DNA from: the human T2T-CHM13v2.0 reference genome, Homo sapiens
Reading direction: 5' to 3' (one strand)
DNA: 64,000 nt
Assembly (NCBI RefSeq): GCF_009914755.1
Contig: NC_060931.1
The notes under the pieces were generated by a model. That model had not been told where the DNA came from. It did not search any database and was given only the letters and a program-made list of their open reading frames with translations. This document shows positions 1 through 16,871 of the stretch, piece after piece. The translations under genes were made by a program, and so were the position numbers. Positions within the stretch are counted from its first letter, which is position 1. The number at the start of each line of letters is the position of its first letter.

Positions 1-601
<601 letters not shown>

Positions 602-1331
602 CTATGTGCCAGGCACTATGTTATGTGCACAGGAAACAACAACAAAAAGAAAAATATTAATTACCAGACATTACATTTTGGACAAATAAAATTCTGACAA
701 CTTGTTGAAATGAAAGAGGATAGAGTTGGGTTAGAAAATGTAGGTTCCAAATCTATGCTGTTGGTGTGTCGCACTTTTGTTAAATAACATTGGGCAAATG
801 ATGGAATTCTTCAAATGTTTTATAATCTGTGAAATATATATAATATTTTCTACCTAATGAAGCTGTGAGAATTCAGCTTAATATGAGATCTGAAAGCATT
901 CTGCAATGTATAACAAGGTATAATTATTATTTTTAAAAATATTTTAATATATAATATTCTAAAATAATATCTTAATCTTATTATTTTTAATATTCTATTC
1001 CCTATAATACAGAATAGGGTTGTGGTTAAGAAGACCCGACTGTCTGGACTGTGTCTTGGCTCTTCCACTTATTGACAAGGATGTTATGAGAATAACATGA
1101 ATCAATACATGTAAAATATTTAGAATAATGCCTGGCAGTTAATAATCACCCAGTATTTAATATTAATTATATTATTGCTATTATAATCAACAATAATGTT
1201 GTTATTTTATAATTACTAATATTAATAATTAATAACATTAGCTGATGTTATTATTTATGAGGTAGGCTTATATTGAATAACCTCTTTTTATTTTTTATTT
1301 TATTTTATTTTTTTGCATTTGGAATGGGTCC

Positions 1332-2660
1332 TTTTTTTTTTAATTTTTTAATTTTTATTATTATACTTTAAGTTCTAGGGTACATGTGCACAACGTGCAG
1401 GTTTGTTACATATGTATACATGTGCCATGTTGGTGTGCTGTACCCATTAACTCGTCATTTACCTTAGGTATATCTCCCCTCCCCCCACCGCATGACAGGC
1501 CCCAGTGTGTGATATTCCCCTCCCTGTGTCCAAGTGTTCTCATTGTTCAATTCCCACCTATGAGTGAGAACTTGCGGTGTTTGGTTTTCTGTCCTTGTGA
1601 TAGTTTGCTGAGAATGATGATTTCCAGCTTCATCTATGTTCCTGCAAAGGACATGAATTCATCCTTTTTTATGGCTGCATAGTATTCCAAGGTGTATATG
1701 TGCCACATTTTCTTAATCCAGTCTATCATTGATGGGCATCTGGGTTGGTTCCAAGTCTTTGCTATTGTGAATAGTGCTGCAATAAGCATACATGTGCATG
1801 TGTCTTTATAGCAGCATGATTTATAATCCTTTGGGTATATACCCAGTAATGGGATCGCTGGGTCAAATGATATTTCTAGTTCTAGATCCTTGAGGAATCG
1901 CCACACTGCCTTCCACAATGGTTGAACTAATTTACACTCCCACCAACAGTGTAAAAGCGTTCCTATTTCTCCACATCCTCTGCAGCATCTGTTGTTTCCT
2001 GACTTTTTAATGATCGTCATTCTAACTGGTGTGAGATGGTATCTCATTGTGGTTTTGATTTGCATTTCTCTGACGACCATTGATGATGAACATTTTTTCA
2101 TGTGTCTGTTGGCTGCATAAATGTCTTCTTTTGAGAAGTGTCTGTTCATATCCTTTGCCCACTTTTTGATGGTTTTTTTTTTTTCCCTGAAAATTTGTTT
2201 AAGTTCTTTGTAGACTCTGGATATTACCCCTTTGTCAGATAGGTAGATTGCAAAATTTTTCTCCCATTCTGTAGGTTGTCTGTTCACTCTGATGGTAGTT
2301 TCTTTTGCTGTGCAGAAGCTCTTTAGTTTAATTAGATCCATTTGTCAATTTTGGCTTTTGTTGCCATTGCTTTTGGTGTTTTAGACATGAAGTCCTTGCC
2401 CATACCTATGTCCTGAATGGTATTGCCTAGGTTTTCTTCTAGGGTTTTTATGGTTTTAGGTGTAACATTTAAGTCTTTAATCCATCTTGAATTAATTTTT
2501 GTATAAGGTGTAAGGAAGGGATCCAGTTTCAGCTTTCTACATATGGCTAGCCAGTTTTCCCAACACCATTTATTAAATAGGGAATCCTTTCCCCATTTCT
2601 TATTTTTGTCAGGTTTGTCAAAGATCAGATGGCTGTAGATGTGTGGTGTTATTTCTGAGG
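1332..2660 (-). mobile_element. 5'-truncated L1PA (L1PA4-6-like): ORF2 C-terminus + 3'UTR
   Basis: ORF 1634-2341 is L1 ORF2p C-terminus ([26 protein letters not shown]...[13 protein letters not shown]); canonical L1PA 3'UTR and poly-T at left. Confidence 0.95.
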
Positions 2661-3087
2661 CTTTACATCTACACAGGCTACTTTCTGGATAAATGTGGAG
2701 GTCATTGTAAAAATCCTGACTGACTATTTCACTCCGTCAACTTACCAAATGTCAGGAATTTTCAGATGAAATCCAAATCTCTTCAATATGTGAGATGTTG
2801 ATAACATGTTATTCCCTTTGTTTCTTGGTTTCATTTCATTTCATACACTATGTATTTAATTGCTCAAGATGACACAAATTCACTTATTACTATTACTGAA
2901 ACTTATAAGCATTCATGGATGACTAACTGAATTGGTTTTTATTAAGCATGGTTTGGATACCACCATGGATGTGTGACCTTTGCTCCATTTGACAAGGATG
3001 AGCTGTATCCCTTATATTTTTATCTACATCTTCACAGATACATGACGTTCATTCTTATGATAAAAATCTTTCTATTTAAGGAAACTA

Positions 3088-3510
3088 TATTAGAGTAAAG
3101 ATAAGCTGATATAGCAAACAGATGCTAAATACAATTGCTTAAAGAAAGCAAAAGTTTCTCTTACTCACTGTATACAGAGAACGGTCCAGGGCAGCTTGGC
3201 TCCCTGATATCAGTCAAAGACTCAGGTACCTTCCTTCAGCTTGCACAACCAACCCCTAGGGCACTGTTGCCCATATGCATGGCAAAGTGAGATTGCCAGT
3301 CATTTCCTTCAAGTGAAAAAGGAATAGAGAACAGGAAGAAACATACCCTGGGCCCTACAGCTCAGGCCAAGTAGTAGAATTGATTACTTCTCATGTTCTA
3401 TAACAACAAGTAACCACAAAGGATGCTGGAAAATGTGATCTACCCTGGTAGTCATATGCCCAGGAAAAGAAGGAAAATAGATTTTGGTAGACAGCTAGCA
3501 GTTTCCATCA
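3088..3510 (-). mobile_element. Old MLT1 (J/K-like) LTR
   Basis: ggatgctggaaaatgtgatctaccc...gattttggtagacagctagcagtt resembles MLT1J/K reverse strand. Confidence 0.6.
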
Positions 3511-3882
3511 AATATATTATTTTATTCATTTGGAGAATTATATCTCTAAGATAAATAATTTGTGATTTCAATAAGGGTTTTCTTTTACTGATTCATAGCA
3601 ATTTAAACCTGCTTTCATATTCTGTTGGATTCCTATTATATTGTGCTATGAGGAAAGCAAAATTCATGCTTGGGAGTAAAGTACTCGCTGACTTGTACTG
3701 TTTTCTTGCACAAAGCAAGATAGCCCAAGAGTCTTTTGAACGAAGAATACATTTTCCTCAGTGTCAAAAGACGAATACTCATGATTTGGGGATATCAAAT
3801 AAGCTAAAATAAATGCACTTGAGAAGTGTAAAGCTTTCTATAAATGCAAGATTTTTATTATTACAGTATTATTATCACTTAA

Positions 3883-4300
<418 letters not shown>

Positions 4301-4546
4301 TAGAGAGTTCAAAGTGTGATCTGCCAAGCTAACTAAAATGTGATGATAATTATAACAGACTTTGTCACAGAAATGAATAATATAGTTAAACCCCATGCTT
4401 TCATTACCATGATCCACATAGTTACACATTTTTAGCTTCTTGTCTGGAACTTACCAAATTTCCTATGTTGCTAACATACTGGTTTCCCACAAGTTATGTT
4501 AATTTCTTAGAATTTATTCTTATTCTTATAGAAAAAGCTACATTAA

Positions 4547-4897
<351 letters not shown>

Positions 4898-5340
4898 TTA
4901 AAATTTACATTTGTTTATTGTAGTACTGGCTTTTCCATCCAAGATTCTCGAAAATGTTGGAGGTATTCTTTGGAGAAATAATCCTAATTTTTTTTTTTTT
5001 TTTACAATGATTCTATAAACAAGTCTCTTGACAAAATGAGCTTGTTTGTCCCACAGAGGTGTGCCTACTTTGGTCGGTGAGAAGATACCTGCAAACATAT
5101 TGTCTCTTCTCAGGAAAAGAAAAAAAAACTTATTTTTTCTCATAATATACTCTGTTATTATCGTTGAATTGGTGTGATTATTGTCAAACAATAATTATTT
5201 CTTATAGTTGCCTATGATTTTTATTTTTGCACTATTTATGTGGAATTTTCTATCAATCTTTAGGAAAAAAACCGAGCGGAAGAGGAGCTTTACAGTAATA
5301 ATAATACTGTAAGGATGTCCAAAAAAAATAAGATAGTATT

Positions 5341-5643
<303 letters not shown>

Positions 5644-7334
5644 TTAGGAGAGTGGACTAATTTTCTAAAATTAGATAATCCTTGGGTACAAGAAGCTATA
5701 AAGCATAAAGAAGAAATTCTTGCCTTCAAAGAACTGCATTCTAATTTTAGAAAGATTAGACCGTAGTGAACAGATGCATAGAGTCAGTCTTGTGCAAAAC
5801 ACATGACTTGTGGAAAGTACCTACCCTGATTCACCCCAACATTAGCCTAGATCTTACTTGGGTTAATTTTACACACCACTCCTATTGTTTTAAGAATGTT
5901 TGTCCTCTACAAATGTCTCTTCTTTCAAAAACAAACCCATTTGGGGATTATGGCGATCTTTGTTCCTGATTAAAATTTCTCTATTCTGTTGCTTTGTATT
6001 TTACCTTTCACAGTAGCTTAATCCATATTCTATGGTTTTGTGATTAACCCTGAGTATGGAATCTTAGTGTCGGTTTCATATGAGCCTCATTGGAACATAA
6101 AGCACGTCTCTTTGTTTCATTTACAATTTCTGCAATAGCATTGATTTACTTTGCCTTTAGTTTTGTTCACTGAGCAAAGAATTTTCTTTTGAGTTTTTGC
6201 TTTCTTTCTTTCTTTAATTGGTTAGCTCTGGTAGGTGATTTTGTAGATTTTTTGAGGGGGGGATTCAAAGCACTGATCAGTAATTCATAAAGCTGATTTT
6301 TTTTTCCACAGTTGAAATAGGCAGTGACATTTGGTAATTCACAAATGCTAGCCCTACTGTCCGCAGTGTTAAGATAACTGATTAGTTCCGCAGCCCTGCT
6401 CAACACCTCCAAGCATGCACCTATAATGGGCCATAAACTTGAAAGCCCCCAGGCCTCTTTCCCTGTTTCTGGGTGAGGTTTGCAGTGTGGAGGAGGGGCG
6501 CCAAGCCCAGTAAGAATGAGTGGGAAACACTGACAGAATCACAGGGGGAATGGGAAAAAAAGAACTTAAGAGGATTATAACAAGAAAGGAAGCTTTTGGA
6601 GTCCTGGGAGGTGATGCCAGTCAGGATCTCTGAATTGCTAAGAAAAGAGAAATTTTCCCCTTCCTTATGTAAGCCTGGGGCAGGGAATTTCTTTTTCCCT
6701 CTCCTATCCCTTTCCATCTTTCTTCACAGGTGGTGATGGTCCTGCCCTTAGGAAGGAAAGGGACCAGGCCAACCTTCCCAGAGAAGGAAGCTCCATTGAA
6801 AGGGTGGCTTTAACTTTACATGTTCACGGAGCAGGAAGGAGCAATCCAAAGAGGCATGTTTTTGCCGGACAAGCTGATGACATCTGAAAACCTCAGGCCA
6901 ACCTGACTGAGTGGAATGTAGAAAATGGCTATTCAACGGTGACTATTCAATTTAGGGAGTTCTAAGAAGGGCTTTTCCATAAAAAGCCTTAGACTTTCCG
7001 AAGGAAGGTCAGGCAATATGAACCACTTAAATGAACATTTTAATCTTGAAGTGAGTTTTAATCATATTAGATTGTATAAGTCTTTTTTTCATGAACATGT
7101 TGCAAATATTCAGTACTAGAGAATACCGTAGTTTTGAATTTTTAAAGAATATTACTAGACTCGTTACTAGCCACATACTTTTTTTCTCATGAGCCTATTT
7201 CTGGTGCTTATACTTTAACAAATTGGCAAAGATATTCAAAGTTCTGAATATGTGGAGTTGCTGATCGTAGAGGTGAGAACTCTATTCTTTTTTTAAAAAC
7301 AGGATAAATTTGCCTATAATTTGTTTAAGAATAG

Positions 7335-7885
<551 letters not shown>

Positions 7886-8469
7886 GAGTAGTGTCAAAAC
7901 ACTTTAATAGAAGCCGATTTGTAAATACTTATGTTATTTTAATGTCCTACAAAATTATTTTTGAGGGACTGAGGCAACAGTGAACAGGTAATTGTTAAAC
8001 CTTCACTATTCATTCAAAAGTAGGAGAGCTCTGGGGCAAGAATGGAGGGGAATTCATGAGTAGCCTACAGCTAAAATAATCCACAGGGAAAAAAACTCTT
8101 ATCCTAACACCAATAGACATGTTTGTCTATGTGGCATGACCATTTCTCTGAGTTTTTTATCCAAAAGAAGAGTATGTGTTTAAGAAACTGCTCTGTGTGA
8201 TGATTAAATGATTGTGAGTCCAATGCCTACCTTAAGCAGCGAAAGTGGCCAAGGAAGACATATTTCTTCCTTCATATTCTGCTTCTTTTCAGTGCTCAGG
8301 AACTCTGGTCAAAGGAACACCACTAGAAAACACTGAAGGAGGCATGTCAGGTGGTTCTGCTTCTCCATGGCTCCCTACGATGAATGCCTAGAGAGGGTAT
8401 TGACATGGCAACCTGATGCCAGCACATCTGTCCACAGCTGGTGAGTCTCACACCCTTCAGTCACAGTGA

Positions 8470-8835
<366 letters not shown>

Positions 8836-9289
8836 TAATTCTCTTAAGAGCAGCATTCAAAGTGCATTCTTATTTTGTCCTGGCTCTGAATCGACATGGT
8901 CAGGATGGAGGCAAACCTTTATGCAGAGCCCCCAGAATTATTAAATGGGACAGGCTCCTAATGGTGAACATACAGGAAGCTGATCCACGTAAGAGCTAAC
9001 TAATCTTATTGAACAGTCACCTAGCAAACTGTTGGCTCATTTTTAATGGTCTGTTCTATCCCTTTATGCTGATTTGCTTGGAGGTAATAAGGCATAACGG
9101 TGTTGATTTAGGGAGCCTCTTGACTACAAATTCATCAGCTTGGTGGCGGTAATTGTCAGAGGCAACAATGGTGTTGTTCAGTGAGTTACACCTGGTCAGC
9201 ACCTAAGGCTGAGTGTTGCAGCTGAGGTTTGAATCAAATTAGGAGTTTCAGTTCTTCTAGGCTAAAATCTGGTGACAGCCTCCTCCCTT

Positions 9290-9605
9290 TCTCATTTTAT
9301 CTTAAATGATTTCTTCCTGGCTCATTCTCTTCTGGCCTCACCACCTTCTTTCTGTTACTTAAATAGGCCAAAATCATTCTTGTCGCAGGTCCTTTGCTCC
9401 AGCTGTTTGCATTTCTCCTAGATTTTTCTGTGAGGGGCTGGCTCCATCCTGTCAATAAGCCTAAACTCTAATATCACCTTCTCAGAGAGGTCTTGTGAAA
9501 TTAGAGTACCATTTCTCTCATCTCTCACTTCAGCTATTATCAAATTGCCCTCTTTTGTTTTCTTCATAGCATTTATCACTCTTTAGAGATTATTATCTTT
9601 CCTTT
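9290..9605 (+). mobile_element. L2 fragment (3' end continues ~10575-10670)
   Basis: ggtcctttgctccagctgtt...taatatcaccttctcagagaggtct...ttcttcatagcatttatcact. Confidence 0.65.
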
Positions 9606-9624
9606 CTCTTTTTCTTTGATGGCA

Positions 9625-10533
9625 TTTTTTTTTTTTTTCTGAGACAGAGTGCTCTGTCACCTGGACTGGAGTGCAGTGGCACAATCTCGGCTCACTGCAA
9701 CCTCTGTGTTAGGTCCAAATGCCAGGGTCTGGGTTCAGCCCATGCTGAAGTATGAGGGGAGTGGATGGATGGGCAGAAAGAGTACTTGGGGGGCCGTAGG
9801 CAGGTGAAATAGAGTTTTATTCAGCAGCTTTCTCATCAGTAGCATACTCACATTAGCTCTCTCACACTGTCCACCATTATCTCAGCTATTTGCTCCAGCT
9901 CTGAGACTCCTGCCACCCCCATGCCTGCAGCTGCAGCGGGATCTCCCTTGCCTTCAGGGTCAGCAGCTTAACTCTTTCTCTTTCTGGGTACTAGCACAAA
10001 CTGTGCTGTGGCTCCCCTGCAGACGGACAGCTTTGGCTCTCTCTCTCTCTTTCTCTGGGTGCCAGCGTGCCTGCCATGTCAAGCCATGTTGAGCTGAGCT
10101 GAGCCACAGGAACCAAGCCAAGAGCCCCTGTAGAGCATCAGCAGGACAGTTATACCTCTTACAGACAATAGCGGCTTAGGGCCAAGTATGAACTTACACA
10201 GACAGGTTATATAACAAGTGGAGGTGTGCGCCTGTGCACCAGACTCACTGAGTCATGGAGGCCTGACGTCTGCCTTGGCCTATCCTTGACCAAAGCACAT
10301 CCATGTACCTTACACTCCGCCTCTTGGGTTCAAGCAATTCTCCTGCCTCAGCCTCCCGAGTAGCTGGTATTACAGGCACATACCACCATGTCCCGGCTAA
10401 TTTTTGTATTTTTAGTAGAGACAGAGTTTTGCCATGTTGGCCAGGCTTGTGTCAAACTACTGACCTCAAGTGATCCATCCACCTCAGCCTCCCAAAGTGT
10501 TGGTATTACAGGCGTGAGCCACCATGCCTGGCC
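9625..10533 (-). mobile_element. AluS host of LTR18-like insertion
   Basis: Alu 9625-9706 resumes at 10315; TSD atggcatttt. Confidence 0.88.
9707..10314 (-). mobile_element. Solo ERVL LTR, LTR18-family (LTR18B-like), nested in an Alu
   Basis: TG...CA ends, 608 bp, 5-bp TSD ctctg (9702-9706)/ctccg (10315-10319); minus strand begins tgtaaggtacatggatgtgctttggtcaagg as recalled for LTR18; AATAAA on minus at 9816-9821. Confidence 0.8.
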
Positions 10534-10659
10534 TCATGGCATTTTCTATTTGAATTTTAAGTTCCATTTTAAGGTTAGGAGAACTGAACCTTAACACTGT
10601 GTCCCATGGACTCAACACAGGACCTGGCTCTTTGAACAAACTTGATAAATATTTGTTTA

Positions 10660-11265
<606 letters not shown>

Positions 11266-12229
11266 CATTCACATCCATAGTAACCTTTTAAAGCTCTGGG
11301 CCAACACCCCGTCTTTGCTTTCCTCAGCTGCCACACTGAATCATGTATGTTCAAGCCACCCATTTTCCTGACCAAACTAAACTTAATCAAATATGTTAAC
11401 AGCCTCAGATTTCCCTTCAGATGGTGGTCACCAGCCCAGCCCTGGGTTTTGCAGGTCCATATGCAAATCAGGAGACAGAATCTTGCAGCCGGCCCTGAAG
11501 TCTGGGATCTGGAATCCTTTGCTCCCAAATGACCTTGAGACTCTGCAGAGATCTCAGGTCACCATTTTCCACTCCTCTATTAGTCCTAGTTTTTAGGACT
11601 ATGCCACTGCTTGTTTTCTAACACCCTCCTTCTCTCCAGCCTGGGAACTGAAGGCCTGCCCTTGGCAAGGATCCTGTTCCACATGGACAAAAATGCCTAA
11701 ATGACAACCATCTGCCATCTACTGGCTCTCTTTCCTTCCCAGCTTTCTCTGCCTACCCCCCACCCCCAACCAAGTTAATTACTGCTTGACAATCCAGAAA
11801 GTCCTGGAAGGCTGGAGAAGGCAATGCCACTACACCTCCCTGATCAGGATGGCTTGCCTTTGGAAGAAAGAAAAACAGTGGATAGTTAGTAGCTTCAGCA
11901 AGGCTTGAAATTCTTGCTTTGCTATTAGAGTAAGCATTTCTTGTATTTTACATGTTTTATTTCAAATGCAGCATTGGTATGATCAGATAAGCTGACACTG
12001 GAATTTCTGATTTTCCCTTTTCCTCTTTCTCTTTTTTTTTTCTTTTTATTGACATCTGTACTTTAAGAATGTAAATGTAGGGATTCTGGTACTTTTCTTA
12101 AAATCCAACTTTTCTTGATACCATATCTTGTTTGAAGTATGTAAACAAGCTGTTGTGTTCTCTGGTGCCAAGTGATAGGAAGGAAGAGGGGAAGTTTAGC
12201 TTTGTATTCTCCTGGCTCCTCCCCAGTGT

Positions 12230-12475
12230 ATTGCTAGGCAGGCCACAGCTCCTGCTGTGAGGACTTCTGCAGCTATAGCTCCCTGGTACCTCCTCTCCCT
12301 CCTGCCCAGTCAGGCCTAGGAGTGGTAATAGTGCCCCACTTTGCTACCCCTAGGGTGCTTCACCCTTCTTGGTTTCTCTTTTCTCTTCCTGCACCTTTGT
12401 AAATGGTTGCTTTATTAAGCTTTATCTAATTATCTGTTGGAGGGTGTCATTTGTTTCTAATGAGACCTTAAGTAT
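12230..12475 (+). mobile_element. ERVL LTR33-like 3' fragment
   Basis: ggcctaggagtggtaat...cctagggtgcttcacc...cacctttgtaaatggttgctttattaagc. Confidence 0.55.
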
Positions 12476-12529
12476 ATGGGATATGAATTAGGGTAAAAGC
12501 ATTAGTCCATGAGATATGGTATATGGTAA

Positions 12530-13990
<1,461 letters not shown>

Positions 13991-15163
13991 ATTGGCCCCT
14001 AACTGGGACCATTAACTTGGGAAATATGTCATTTTATTCTTTAGCATGAGAGAAGGGGGAAGAGGAGGGTACTGCCACAAGTACTTTGCTGTTAGCTATA
14101 TGTCATTGCTAAGCTCTATCATTAATTGTTAAATTGACAAACGGACTAAAGTCAAGATCCCAATATTCCAATGGAAATATTTTATTTTCAATTGTTGTTT
14201 AATGTAAAAACATAAACTTGCCTTAAAAATGGGTTTTCCATATACTGTTTTCCTGTGGAAGTATTTCCAGGAAAGAATATCAAACCTATAGAACGTTTTC
14301 TCATTGTACAAATGTAAAAATACAAAATACTATTAATTTGCTCCTTAAGAATGCTCAAACTTGTGCAGAGACTTTACACATCTTCAGGGAACCTTGGTTA
14401 CCCTTACAGAGACTTTCTAAAGATATATCATCATTCACTGATGACCAAAAACTGTAGTAACTCCAAACACACTCTTCACAAAAAGAACACAAGAAGGAAC
14501 ACTGATGGAGGCAGTGTGTCATTTCAGAAGGCTGTGGCTGCTGTGAACTTTGTCTAACCAGGGTGATGAGCTTTTCTCTTTGGTTACAGACAGAGAACTT
14601 GGCTTTCAAGTCAGGGCACTCACTAGGGTTTGGACAACAAGGGAGAAGGTGGACAACATCAAACATCTCATTAATTCAAGTAAACATGGAGACAACCTGA
14701 TTTTATTCAATCTCAAAATTATATACTTCTTGAAAGGCTGACATAATATTTCCCAATAGCTCTGTGTCAAAAAATAGATTTAAAATACATGATAGTGTTC
14801 CAGACATTTGTATATGTTGCTGTCATTATGTTAACAGTTCCTTGACAATTTTTATAAAGACCTCAAAAATTTTTCTAAAAATTGTTCCCAAAGCTTGGAG
14901 TGCATGCTTTGCCTGTACTACCACCTTCAGGAAGACTTATGTAGTGCCTGGCACTAATGTACTTTCAAAAGGACACTAAATATTACCCTTGCAATCTCTT
15001 CTTTTTCTTCTAGAGACATGTAAATTCCTCTTTTTTATATACCCATGTTTTGACTCATTCAAGTTATAAACATATTTTTTGAATAAATAAATGAAATTCA
15101 TGACTCAATAAGGACTTGCTATCTTCTAATTTTATAGATTAAAGACATTTTATGGCATAATAG

Positions 15164-15510
15164 TGTTGTGGGACTTTTTGCTTAGTTCAGCTAAAGACAG
15201 GGTTCCTTATCACATGGCCACGAAAAATTAGGCTCACAGACAATTTGAAGCGAGAGGAGGGCAGGGTTTATTGGGTGAAATGGAAGAAAAGGGGAAACAG
15301 AGACTCTTAGCAAAGCGAGAGAGTGTGCTTCCTGCCACTGGGCTTCCCGCCTCACAGATTGAATCCCAGGTTCCACCCAGGAAGAGGAGGGGCCAAGCTC
15401 CTCCCGCTGCAAACGCGCGAACTTCTGTGGCTCGATCCCAGTGCGCACTCCTCCCAGTGCACTGGCCGGTTGGAGTTTTGCCAGGGAGGCCTTCCCACCT
15501 GCCTGTCTCA
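15164..15510 (-). mobile_element. Solo ERV1 LTR, MER61-like
   Basis: TG...CA, 347 bp, 4-bp TSD atag/atgg; minus strand begins tgagacaggcaggtgggaaggcctccctggcaaaactccaaccggcc as recalled for MER61; GC/CpG-richer than flanks. Confidence 0.78.
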
Positions 15511-15786
15511 ATGGAAAGAATATGTGGATTTGGATTCAGGGACACCTTTATCACCTATGTGACTTTAGGTAAGTTACAAACACAGTGAGCCTCAGTTTTT
15601 GTACTAGTAAAACCTATTATGGCACAGGTTTGCAGGACGACGAATGAGGTCTTGACCGCTGAGGTGATTTATAATGTACTTGTATTAGGACTGGAGTTAG
15701 TGTGCTAACTCAGAGGCCACAGTTAGTGGTACTGACAGAGATTGCATTTAGGTCTTCCCAAGGGTGGTTCCGTTCTTTAACCTTAG

Positions 15787-16105
15787 ATGTTTTATTTTAT
15801 TTACTTATTTATTTATTTATTTATTAATTTTTGAGACGGAGTCTTGCTCCGTCACCCAGGCTGGAGCGCGATATCGGCTCACTGCAAGCTCCGCCTCCCG
15901 GGTTCACGCCATTCTCCTGCCTCAGCCTCCCCAGCAGCTGGGACTACAGGCGCCCGCCACCGCGCCCGGCTAATTTTTTGTATTTTTAGTAGAGACAGGG
16001 TTTCACCGTGTTAGCCAGGATGGTCTCGATCTCCTGACCTCGTGATCCGCCCGCCTCGGCCTCCCAAAATGCTGGGATTACAGGCGTGAGCCACCGCGCC
16101 CGGCC
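15787..16105 (-). mobile_element. AluY with short internal deletion and (TTTA)n tail
   Basis: CpG-rich, gcaagctccgcc AluY diagnostic; ggctggag|cgcgat lacks ~8-9 nt of tgcagtggc. Confidence 0.9.
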
Positions 16106-16591
16106 AATGTTTTCCATATTTAGTGTTGTCACTCATCTTTTAGCATGGGCAACTAAAGCAGGTCTGAGGACAGTGCGTATAGTTTTCTGCAACATGACAC
16201 AAAGAGTACCAGGGCGAGATTATGTCTGTCACAGATGAAAATATTCCATTTGTGTGTCATAGTAATCTATTCATTGGTTTATGGACCCAAAATTCTCCAG
16301 GGGGACTCACAAATCCCCATAATGTTTCTATGTGCCAGATTTTTCATTTGGAGCTCTGCTTTAGTTGACAGATGTGTAAAAATCACATGTAGCCAAATGA
16401 CTCTTCAGTCAGCACTAAGCTGATAATGCTGAAGACTGGTTATTCCTGCTAAGATTCACTGGACCCTCTGCCCAGACTGTGTTTTTCAAATCTCATATTA
16501 GAGCTTAATGTTATTTTATTTTAATGCCAATGCTGTGCTCCCCAATGCCATATCTTTAAACTATTGTGCCCCATTCTAATACAAACACTAA

Positions 16592-16871
16592 CTTACATGG
16601 GGAGCTCTCTTTTGAGGAAGTCGAAGTAGATCAGTAACTAAATTCAGTTCCTTAAAGGTGTAAAACTCTGAGAGAGTCACACACAAGTCAGATTGGGAGA
16701 AAGTTTCTTAGAATAATAAATTTTAAAATCTTACATGGGGAGCTCTCTTTTGAGGAAGTCGAAGTAGATCAGTAACTAAATTCAGTTCCTTAAAGGTGTA
16801 AAACTCTGAGAGAGTCACACACAAGTCAGATTGGGAGAAAGTTTCTTAGAATAATAAATTTTAAAATCTTA
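16592..16871. repeat. Perfect 138-bp tandem duplication
   Basis: 16592-16729 identical to 16730-16867; ctta microhomology at both ends. Confidence 0.97.

Noticed and set aside
1634-2341. 235-aa ORF, the longest in the window
   Set aside because: C-terminal fragment of L1 ORF2p in a 5'-truncated element; not a host gene.
6478-6505. CTCF-like site tgcagtgtggaggaggggcgcc
   Set aside because: Core lacks the conserved CC...AG positions; too weak without a PWM scan.
15191-15588. Four overlapping 79-106 aa ORFs
   Set aside because: GC-rich MER61-like LTR sequence with few stops; no protein similarity recognised.
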